NCBI GenBank assembly: GCA_947451105.1
Contig: CANFXY010000001.1
Location: 280 to 64,279, forward strand
Direction of reading: 5' to 3'
DNA from: Bacteroidota bacterium
GTDB lineage: Bacteria; Bacteroidota; Bacteroidia; NS11-12g; UBA955
DNA length: 64,000 bases
Below are positions 29,763 through 38,900 of this stretch, piece after piece. Under the pieces are notes generated by a model, which saw only the letters and a program-made list of their open reading frames with translations, was not told the DNA's origin and did no database searches. Positions within the stretch are counted from its first letter, which is position 1, and the number at the start of each line of letters is the position of its first letter. Both the position numbers and the translations under genes were made by a program.

Positions 29763-31151
29763 TTATTGATTGGCAATTTCACCAATGTCCTTGATGATTT
29801 TCATCGTTAAGGTTCTGGCCGTTGTTTCCGACTTGCTTTCTGCGTAAATGCGTATAATTGGTTCTGTATTTGACTTTCTCAAATGTATCCATTCTTCATC
29901 AAAATCTATACGTACACCATCAACTGTATTGATTTCGTAATTCTTGTATTTTTCTTTGATTTTCTCAAGAACCTCATCTGGATTTATATCCTTGGTTAAA
30001 TCTACTTTGTTTTTAGAAATAATATAGTTTGGAAAACTCATTCTCAAAGCGGTACAAGTTTTACCTGATTTTGAAAGCGAACTTAAAAACAAAGCGATGC
30101 CAACTAAGGCATCACGGCCATAATGTAATTCCGGGTAAATAATTCCACCATTGCCTTCGCCTCCAATCACAGCATTGCTTGCTTTCATCATTTCCACGAC
30201 ATTAACTTCACCAACAGCGCTAGCAGTGTATGTGCCTCCTGCTTTTTCAGTGATGTCTTTTAATGCCCTTGTAGACGATAAATTTGAAACCGTATTTCCT
30301 TTGTCATGGTGCTTTAAAACATAATCAGCTACCGCAACCAAAGTGTATTCCTCGCCAAACATTCCTCCATCTTCACCAACTAAGGCCAGCCTGTCAACAT
30401 CAGGGTCAACGCAAATACCCAAGTGGGCTTTTTTGCTTTTAACCATAGAGGATAACTCAGTTAAATGTTCCGGAAGTGGTTCGGGATTGTGTGCGAAATG
30501 ACCTGTTGGTTCACAATTTAATTCTGTTATTTGTTCTACGCCCAAAGCTTTTAGCAACATAGGTACCGCAATTCCTCCACTTGAGTTAACTGCATCAACA
30601 ACTATGCTGAATTTTTTTTCTTTAATTGCTTCTACGTCTACTAATGGAAGTTTTAAGATTTCTTCGATGTGCTTGTGCAGATACGTATTGTCTTCGGTGT
30701 ATTTTCCAAGTGAATTTACATCAGCAAATTCAAAAGATTGTGCTTCCGCAATTTCTAATACTTTACTGGCTTCAGCTGCCGAAATAAATTCACCTAAATT
30801 GTTAAGTAGTTTTAACGCATTCCACTGTTTAGGATTGTGACTAGCTGTTAAGATAATTCCCCCAGCGGCATTTTCTAGTTTTACAGCCATCTCAACAGTG
30901 GGAGTGGTAGATAAACCAAGGTTTACGACGTCCAAGCCCATAGAGAGTAGGGTAGATACAACAAGATCAGATACTATTTTACCCGAAATTCTTGCATCTC
31001 GGCCTATTATGACCAGTTTTCCATTGTTTTTGCTGAGTACCCAAGCGCCGTATGCAGAAGCGAATTTAACAATATCTACAGGTGTTAAGTTCTCATCTGG
31101 AATACCGCCAATTGTTCCTCTAAAACCTGATATTGATTTAATTAATGTCAT
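29763..31151 (-). CDS. glmM: Phosphoglucosamine mutase
   Basis: IKSISGFRG, GRDAR, TASHNP, DPDVDR, GGEGNGG, RKSNTEP. Confidence 0.9.
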   Translation of the reverse strand: MTLIKSISGFRGTIGGIPDENLTPVDIVKFASAYGAWVLSKNNGKLVIIGRDARISGKIVSDLVVSTLLSMGLDVVNLGLSTTPTVEMAVKLENAAGGIILTASHNPKQWNALKLLNNLGEFISAAEASKVLEIAEAQSFEFADVNSLGKYTEDNTYLHKHIEEILKLPLVDVEAIKEKKFSIVVDAVNSSGGIAVPMLLKALGVEQITELNCEPTGHFAHNPEPLPEHLTELSSMVKSKKAHLGICVDPDVDRLALVGEDGGMFGEEYTLVAVADYVLKHHDKGNTVSNLSSTRALKDITEKAGGTYTASAVGEVNVVEMMKASNAVIGGEGNGGIIYPELHYGRDALVGIALFLSSLSKSGKTCTALRMSFPNYIISKNKVDLTKDINPDEVLEKIKEKYKNYEINTVDGVRIDFDEEWIHLRKSNTEPIIRIYAESKSETTARTLTMKIIKDIGEIANQ

Positions 31152-31164
31152 TGATTTTTAAGGC

Positions 31165-31174
31165 TGCAAAAGTA
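31165..31174 (-). promoter_or_regulatory. -7 promoter box for glmM-ychF
   Basis: TACTTTTGCA, 13 nt upstream of the ATG. Confidence 0.65.
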
Positions 31175-31294
31175 CGCAAATTATCCCAACTAAAATAATA
31201 GATTACTAACAATATGATTGTTGAAATTTTACATAAATTTCATTTTGCATTGTTAAAAAGCAGAGTAAAAAGTAGTTAATTGCATTGTAATTAA

Positions 31295-32335
31295 ATGGTT
31301 AAATTAAGTTTGATATTTTTAGGCGTGTTTTCTTTATACAATGCCTACGAATGCTCAGAAAGTTCTAATGCTTTTCCTGCAAATCAACTTAGCGTGGCTT
31401 TCTATAATGTTGACAATCTATACGACACAATCGATGACCCTAAAACCTTTGATGATGAATTCACCCCATTTGGGAAAAACAAATGGAGTTCATACAAATA
31501 TGCTCAGAAATTAAAAAAGCTAAGCAAGGTGCTCTCAAACTTCGATGGGAACACCCCGCCGGATGTCCTAGGCGTATGCGAAATTGAAAACAAATCTGTT
31601 CTTAATGATTTGGCAAATGCAATTTCTCCGTCAAAATACGAAATTGTACATGTCGATTCTCGAGATGAAAGAGGGGCAGATGTCGCTCTTCTATTTAGCA
31701 TACAAAAACTCAAACTCTTAAGTTTTAAAAAATATACACCTGTAATGAGTGGCGATACTTCTGACAGAACGCGCGATATACTTTGGGTGAAGCTTTTGTC
31801 TATTAATTCATTGGATACGCTGCAATTTATAGTTTGCCATTTCCCTTCTAGAAGAGAGGGGCAAATTAAAAGTGAACCCAAACGAATTGATGCCGCTAAG
31901 CTATGCAAAAAAATCATAACTGAAAATTGTAACTTAAGTGTTCAACATTTAATTGTAATGGGCGATTTTAACGATGAACCTTTCAATAAATCTATGCAAG
32001 AAGTTATAGGGGCCGCTAATATTAAAAAACAAGTAGAAGCCCCTATTGTGAATTTGATGTATCAATATTCGGAAAAAGGCGAGGGCACCTACCGATTTAA
32101 GGACCAGTGGAATGCATTGGATCAATTCCTATTGAGTCGCAAATTGCTCAAAACTAATTCTATGCATTATGTTCCCAATTCAGTGTTTATAAAAAATGAA
32201 ACTTGGATGTTTCAAACCGGGAAGTTTTCAGGCTATCCATACAGAACTTTTGCAGGTAATAAATGGTTAAATGGTTACAGTGACCATTTGCCAATTGGTT
32301 TAAGAATTCAATTTGATGATAAGAAAAAAAATTAA
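31295..32335 (+). CDS. Exported endonuclease/exonuclease/phosphatase (EEP) family protein
   Basis: Signal-like N-terminus; FYNVDNLYD, GVCEIEN, HFPSR, MGDFND, GYSDHLP. Confidence 0.9.
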   Translation: MVKLSLIFLGVFSLYNAYECSESSNAFPANQLSVAFYNVDNLYDTIDDPKTFDDEFTPFGKNKWSSYKYAQKLKKLSKVLSNFDGNTPPDVLGVCEIENKSVLNDLANAISPSKYEIVHVDSRDERGADVALLFSIQKLKLLSFKKYTPVMSGDTSDRTRDILWVKLLSINSLDTLQFIVCHFPSRREGQIKSEPKRIDAAKLCKKIITENCNLSVQHLIVMGDFNDEPFNKSMQEVIGAANIKKQVEAPIVNLMYQYSEKGEGTYRFKDQWNALDQFLLSRKLLKTNSMHYVPNSVFIKNETWMFQTGKFSGYPYRTFAGNKWLNGYSDHLPIGLRIQFDDKKKN

Positions 32336-34388
32336 AACAATTAATAGAGAGTTAAGTTGGCTTTCGTTCAATGACCGTGTGCTTCAGGAAGCAAATGATG
32401 TCCATGTTCCTTTGCTGGAGCGTTTAAAGTTTTTGGGGATATTCTCATCCAACCTTGATGAGTTTTTTCGCGTGCGTGTTGCAACAAATAAAAGAATGCT
32501 TCAAGTTAAAAACACCAAAACAAACACGATTAACAAAAAGGAAATACAAGAAGCGCTTCAAGATATTTACAACAAAGTTGTCATTCAGCAGGTTAAATTC
32601 AATAATATTTACAACCAGTTACTGGATGAATTCAAAAGTAAGAATGTGTATTTTGTTAACGAAAAGCAAATAAACATTCAGCAGACATTAGAAGTAAGAA
32701 AATACTTCAAAGACGAGATAATAAACACTATTTTCCCTTTGATCTTAGACGAAAAACGATCTTTCCCTTTTTTAAGAGATAACACCGTTTATTTAGCCTG
32801 TAAATTAAGCAATTCAATTTCGAAAGAAAAAAAATATGCGTTAATCCCTTTGCCAACCAAAGTTAAGAAACGTTTTTTTCAATTGCCAAAGCAAGGTGGA
32901 AACACCTACATGATGTTTATCGATGACGTGATTAGATGTAACCTTGATGTTGTTTTTTCAAGTTTTGAATTTAATGTTTTTGAAGCTTATACCATTAAAT
33001 TAACCAGGGATGCCGAAATCGATTTAGAAAGCGATGTTTCTCTAGATATTCTTGACACGATTAAAAACTCCTTAAAACAAAGAAAGAAAGGCCAGCCTGT
33101 TCGGTTGATATACGACCAAGAAATGCCAAAGGATTTTATAAAGTTTATCAATCAAAAATTAAAACTTTCTAAAGATGAGTTGATTCCTGGCCAGCGCTAC
33201 CATAATTTTAGGGATTTCATTGGCTTCCCTGACATCAAAAAAACAGATTTAAAGTACCAAAATCTGGAACCTTTGTCTATGCCAGAACTCGATAAAGCTA
33301 AGACCTTGTTTAATGCCATGAGAAGCAAGGATTTTTTACTTAACCATCCTTATCAACCCTTTAGTTATATTATTCGTTTGTTGAGAGAAGCCGCAATAGA
33401 TCCGAATGTGGTCAGCATTAAAATTACTTTGTACAGGGTTGCAGAAAATTCAAATGTGGTGAATGCGCTAATAAATGCCGTTAAAAACGGCAAAAAGGTC
33501 ATCGTGATGATGGAGTTAAAAGCAAGATTTGACGAAGAGCACAATATTTATTGGAGCAATAAATTAAGAGAAGAGGGCGCTACCGTTTTGTTTACCATTC
33601 CAAGTTATAAAGTGCACACCAAAATGTGTCTCATCACACGTAAAGAGAAAACCGGATTGAAAAACTATGCCCATCTTGGAACTGGTAACTACAATGGTGA
33701 AACTGCAAAGTTTTACTGCGACCATTCTGTTCTTACCAGCAACAAGAGAATTACGGATGAATTGTCTAAAGTCTTCAAATTGATTGCCGACTTCAAGCCT
33801 GAAAAATACAAATTCAATTCAATCTTAGTTTCACCTATTAATTTGCGCTCTTCTATCTTGAGGCTAATTGATGCTGAGATTTCAAACAAAAAGGCGGGGA
33901 AGGAAGCATACGTAATCATGAAAATGAATAGTTTGGTCGATTTGGAAATTATCGACAAATTGTATGCAGCCAGCAATGCTGGGGTGCGCGTTGATTTGAT
34001 TGTAAGAGGCATTTGTTGCTTGGTTCCCGGTATAAAAGGCAAAAGCGAAAATATTCATGCAATTAGTATCGTCGATAAATTCCTAGAACATGCCAGGGTT
34101 TATGTATTTGCAAATGCAGGTAGGGAGCGCATTTATATGGGGTCAGCAGATATGATGACAAGGAACCTTGACAGTAGGATAGAGGTTTGCTTCCCTGTAA
34201 TTAGCGCAGATATAAAAAAGGAAATTCGAAAAATGTTGGATATTCAGCTTTCAGATAATTCAAAGGCTCGTATTCTAGATGCTTATCAAATCAACGAATA
34301 CAAACCCAATGGTATTCCTAGAATTCGCTCTCAAGTTGAGTTTTACAATTATTTAAAAAATAAATATGAAACCAATATCTCAATTTAA
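32313..34388 (+). CDS. ppk1: Polyphosphate kinase 1
   Basis: NRELSWLSFN, NLDEFFRVRV, ELKARFDEEHN, KVHTK (phospho-His), GTGNYN, FLEHAR, SADMMTRNLD. Confidence 0.97.
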   Translation: MMIRKKIKTINRELSWLSFNDRVLQEANDVHVPLLERLKFLGIFSSNLDEFFRVRVATNKRMLQVKNTKTNTINKKEIQEALQDIYNKVVIQQVKFNNIYNQLLDEFKSKNVYFVNEKQINIQQTLEVRKYFKDEIINTIFPLILDEKRSFPFLRDNTVYLACKLSNSISKEKKYALIPLPTKVKKRFFQLPKQGGNTYMMFIDDVIRCNLDVVFSSFEFNVFEAYTIKLTRDAEIDLESDVSLDILDTIKNSLKQRKKGQPVRLIYDQEMPKDFIKFINQKLKLSKDELIPGQRYHNFRDFIGFPDIKKTDLKYQNLEPLSMPELDKAKTLFNAMRSKDFLLNHPYQPFSYIIRLLREAAIDPNVVSIKITLYRVAENSNVVNALINAVKNGKKVIVMMELKARFDEEHNIYWSNKLREEGATVLFTIPSYKVHTKMCLITRKEKTGLKNYAHLGTGNYNGETAKFYCDHSVLTSNKRITDELSKVFKLIADFKPEKYKFNSILVSPINLRSSILRLIDAEISNKKAGKEAYVIMKMNSLVDLEIIDKLYAASNAGVRVDLIVRGICCLVPGIKGKSENIHAISIVDKFLEHARVYVFANAGRERIYMGSADMMTRNLDSRIEVCFPVISADIKKEIRKMLDIQLSDNSKARILDAYQINEYKPNGIPRIRSQVEFYNYLKNKYETNISI

Positions 34389-34911
34389 AATATTGTTTTT
34401 CTCTTCTCTTTTCTGCTTTGCAGTAAATAATAATTTGCAAGCACAAGAAATTGGATACAACCTTGGTGTGAATAAGCTAGGTATTCAGGCTTCTGCATTT
34501 CAACCCGTTTATGGATTTTCTATTGGATATAAGCTAAATAAATACCTGGCTTTAGAAACCAACTTCTTATACAGTCAAAGGACCCGCGGCAATATGGTTC
34601 AGTCGGATTACTTGAGTTTTGTTTTAATGCCGAAGTTTGGTTATTTTGATAAGCGGTATGGATTGTATTGTGGCCCCGCTATTCTTTTAAATCCAAGTCT
34701 CGATCACAGCAACAATCAAAACCATACCTATTTTTCTACTTTTCAAGCAATCGGCGGTCAGCTTAATATACGTCCAGAGTTAATATTGGACGTTAAATTA
34801 GTGTATGATATTGGCCTAAGTGGTGGGTTTTTTGACAATGGAACATATCAAAAATATAAAGGACCCATGCTCTTGTTTGGAATGAAACTGAAAATAAACA
34901 ACATCAAGTAA
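34366..34911 (+). CDS. Small outer-membrane beta-barrel protein
   Basis: Signal peptide ending LQA; alternating aromatic/hydrophobic beta-strand pattern. Confidence 0.65.
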   Translation: MKPISQFKILFFSSLFCFAVNNNLQAQEIGYNLGVNKLGIQASAFQPVYGFSIGYKLNKYLALETNFLYSQRTRGNMVQSDYLSFVLMPKFGYFDKRYGLYCGPAILLNPSLDHSNNQNHTYFSTFQAIGGQLNIRPELILDVKLVYDIGLSGGFFDNGTYQKYKGPMLLFGMKLKINNIK

Positions 34912-34959
34912 GTTTTATACGATCCACTCTGGGATTCAACACAAACTACTTTTGTTTTA

Positions 34960-35745
34960 TCAACTCCCTTTTTTCTTACCTATAACAATATAATGCCTGC
35001 CAAATAATTGTTTGAAATTGTATTTGCTGATTTTTAAGGCCAAAGATAAATTGGTTTTTCGACTAAATAAGTACAGCATTTGAAAAGGATATACAGCAAG
35101 CGCAAATGGAAGAAATATAAAGTCCTTTGCACAAAAAGAAGTGTAAATTATTTTCTCAATTTCAATGTTGTTTTTTCTTAAGATTCTCGTCAAATCTTGA
35201 ATGAGCACCAATTGGGTTAATGTCTCATGGTCTTCAAATAATTGATCAAAAATTCTAAACCGTCCAAGAAACAAATAGGACAATCGGTCTTTAATCGTTG
35301 CTGGGTTATCATTGGTTATGATAATGGTACCATCTGGATTTAATCTTTTGATGCTGTTAACTAAAAAGTTTTCGGTATTTCCAAACATCATAATACCACT
35401 AATACAGGTAATTATGTCAAATTTTTCTTCTTCAGCGGTCGTAAAGTTTTTACTTAAATCCATTTGGGTAAAAAGCACTTTATTATTTGACGGAGGGGTA
35501 AATAAATCAAATCCTTCTAATTCCCATTTTGGAAATAAAATATGCACGTAATTTAAAAACTCTAATTTACCACAGGGTAGATCAAGAATTTTTTTCTCAG
35601 AACTATCATTATATCTATTTAAGAGCTCTTCTAATATTATTTTATTTACCCCTTTTTGAGTTTGTCCACGAAGTATTTCTAGATTTTGAGGTATTCTTTT
35701 TACAGGAGAATTCATTGGGTTGATTTTCGGTTTTATCGTTAGCAT
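34960..35745 (-). CDS. Class I SAM-dependent methyltransferase
   Basis: ILDLPCG, FDIITC, LNPDGTIII. The start may be at a downstream ATG. Confidence 0.8.
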   Translation of the reverse strand: MLTIKPKINPMNSPVKRIPQNLEILRGQTQKGVNKIILEELLNRYNDSSEKKILDLPCGKLEFLNYVHILFPKWELEGFDLFTPPSNNKVLFTQMDLSKNFTTAEEEKFDIITCISGIMMFGNTENFLVNSIKRLNPDGTIIITNDNPATIKDRLSYLFLGRFRIFDQLFEDHETLTQLVLIQDLTRILRKNNIEIEKIIYTSFCAKDFIFLPFALAVYPFQMLYLFSRKTNLSLALKISKYNFKQLFGRHYIVIGKKKGS

Positions 35746-35929
35746 ACAGTAAACAATTAATTTACTAGAATTTATTTTTTACAATTGTTTTTAAGTGTAA
35801 AAACTATCCAACAAATTTATGCTTTATTTAGATAATAAAGAAAATTATTCTTTCGTAAGTAATTGATTTAAAATTGTTAAAGTGTGTTAAATTAAATAAT
35901 TTAAATTTTTTAAATAGATTTTTTATAAT

Positions 35930-35963
35930 AAAAAGGGATTAGACAATTCCAATCCCTTTTTTT
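35930..35963 (-). terminator. Terminator after the large T9SS gene
   Basis: AAAAAGGGATT-10 nt-AATCCCTTTTT inverted repeat. Confidence 0.75.
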
Positions 35964-35984
35964 GATTCCATCATTTTTGTTTTT

Positions 35985-38900
35985 TTATATTTTAATAATA
36001 TTCTGGACAAACAATTGGTTTTCTATTTCAACTTTAACCACATAGCTTCCAGATTCAAAATTTGTACAATTGATGTTTAAGTTTCCTTGTGATTCTATTG
36101 AATAAATTATTTGTCCATACATGTTATAGATTTTTAAACTGTATTCTTTATTCAAATTATTTTCAAAATTTAAGGTCCCATTTGTAGGGTTGGGGAATAT
36201 TTTAATTAAATTAGACAACGTTTGCTTATCCACAGATAGGCTGGTAATAGTAACTGTTTGGGAATTCCCAACACAAGTTCCATTGCTGCTTTCAACATAA
36301 TATGTGCCTAAGCTTACTGCGCGATAGGTTTGAGCTGTTGCATTCTGAATAGGGGCTCCATTTAAGTACCATTGGTTGCCATTTGTTTCGGAAGAAGTTA
36401 GTATTACATTATTAACGGTAATACTTGGACTAGGTGTTCTGTTTACCACAACATCTACACTATTGGACAAAGCATTGCATTTATATTGGTTGCTGAGTTC
36501 TGCAAAATATGTACCGCTGGTTTTAACTTTTATTGTTTGAGTTGTGTCACCAGTATTCCATAAATAGCTTAGACCACTAAAGGCAGAAAGGTAAACTGAA
36601 TCTCCTTGACAAAAGGTTAATGGACCGCTGTTACTAATTGTTTCTGATGGCGATGGGTAAACCGTTACTTGAATGGTATCAGATTTTACTTGACAACCAT
36701 TTGCATCTAAGCCAACAAAAGAAAATGATCCGGTTTGGTTCGCTCGAATCTTTGCAGTACTTGCAGCATTGCTCCATAGGTAAGTGCCACTAAAACTTGA
36801 ACTTAAATCCACAAAAGAACCATTGCAAAATGTTGTTTTATCGCTTTTGATAATTTTTTGTTGTGGCAAGATTGACACACTGACAACCATAGTATCGGAA
36901 TTGGAAAAACACCCATTTGTATCTGTTCCTTTTAAATAGTAAGTTCCTGAATTGTTTACATTTATACTTTGACTGCTGCTTGAATTTGACCATAAATAGC
37001 TGCCATTAAAAGTCGTCGATAAACTAACTGATTTGCCTTGACAAAAGCTTAGTGGTCCATTTGCACTAAGCTTGATAATTGGATTAGGGTTGACCGTAAT
37101 TGACTTTTGCACGCTTGAGCTAATACAACCATTTGAATCTGTTATGGTTAATGCATATGTTCCTGTTTTTGAAATTGTAATACTTTTAGTTATTGAATCA
37201 TTGCTCCATTTGTATGATTTTGCATCATTGGAAATTAAAATCACATTAGAACCCTGGCAGAATGCAACTGGGCCTTTGGCTGTTATAGTTGCGGTAGGGT
37301 TTGGATTGATTACGACCGCCAAAACCATAGAAGTAGATTGACATCCATTAGCATCGGTTACTTTCACGAAATAATTTCCGGAAGAGTTAACGGAAATTGA
37401 TTTTGAAGTAGATGAATTGCTCCAAAGATATGAACTACCATTGTTTGCAGTAAGTGTAGTTGATTGCCCTTGACAAATTTTCGAATTTGGTGTTGTGATT
37501 TCTGCGGTATTAAATTTTGGTTCAAAACTCAGCTCAATTAAAGAAATACATTGTCCATAGTTCACCCATTGTCTACTAATGAAGTTCAATCTAAAGGCGC
37601 TTGGTTTGCTCCACTTACTCGTATTGTCAAATGGGGCAGCGGTAACTGGTGCAAAATCACCATAAGTAAAAGTAATTACTCCATTGCTATTTACCTCCAA
37701 TGTAAATGCTTGATTTTTATGAACAATCGAATTTAATATAGCATTACTTTTTGTGACAATTGATTTACCATTAATTTTTATTGAAGCAGGACTTGTATTT
37801 CCTTGATAAATCATCTCTTGGGTAATCCTCGCTATGATTTTACCTGAATTATCAACTAAGTCGATATACAAACCACCAATTTCATTGGTTACTATTGGGA
37901 AGTTTTCATCCAAATTCATAACACCTTTTAGTTTATAAGAGCTTAAACAGGTGTTTGGAATTACTAGGTCTCTGCTAACAGAATAACTTACGCTGTCTTT
38001 ACAGAAACGGGCAACTAAATCTGGTTTTTCTTTTGTTTGCGATCTAACTCCGGTTTTAATATTCCAAAAGTTTTGCCAATTGATGTTAATTTCATTTGTT
38101 GGATTTCTTGACCATCCATATAGGTCATTTTCTAAAATATTGCCGTGATTTAATCCTTCTAATAAATCTATATTTGATGCATAATCCGGAGTTTCAGATG
38201 GCAATAAGCAAGCAGTCGGAATTATTTGGATGCTCTGTGATGAGCAAGACCATAACAAATCAGCAGTACCGCCATTTATTTCCATTTTAATTCTATACTG
38301 TATGCCTGCTATTAAAGCAATTGTAGAAGATGAATATTGGGTAAGGCTGCTGTTAGACCAATTGTCAATAATCAAATTTCCATTAACCCATAGTCTTACA
38401 CCTTTAGATGTTTTAGTATAGAAAGTATAGCTTTGAGAATACAATGGCACAACAAAACCCGTCCATCTGCATGAAAAATCTGTTTTGCTTGAAATTTGTG
38501 ATGGTGGAATTGTGAGTTTGATTGTGGAATCGACCCGTGAGGTTTTGAATTTTAAATTGTTTAATTTATTCCCATCATAATATGAACCAAGCAATCCTCC
38601 ATTTACATTTTTTAAAGTAATATTTGAATTTTGCACAGCAATGCTGTTAAGTCCTGAAATTTTCCATCTATGGATACCTGCATGAACGCTTTCATCATTA
38701 TGGTATAAATAATAATCAGAGCCAACTTTTACAATTGAAGATGAAAATACATTTCCAGCACCCATAGCAAATGCTTCTTCATTATATGCCTCGCCTTCTA
38801 ATGTGGTTATTCCAAATTGACCAACCATTAAGCCATCATCACTGTATTGATTCCAAATATTGGTTTGTGAGTTTTTCCAAAATTCACCATGATAGTTCCA

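Noticed and set aside
34921..34940. GATCCACTCTGGGATTCAAC resembles the tRNA-Lys 3' half (possible att site)
   Set aside because: Gapped, short match on the wrong side of the tRNA, with housekeeping genes in between.
36420..37500. Repeated ~85-codon units in the large gene
   Set aside because: Diverged Ig-like protein repeats; no near-identical template/variable repeat pair and no reverse transcriptase, so not a DGR.
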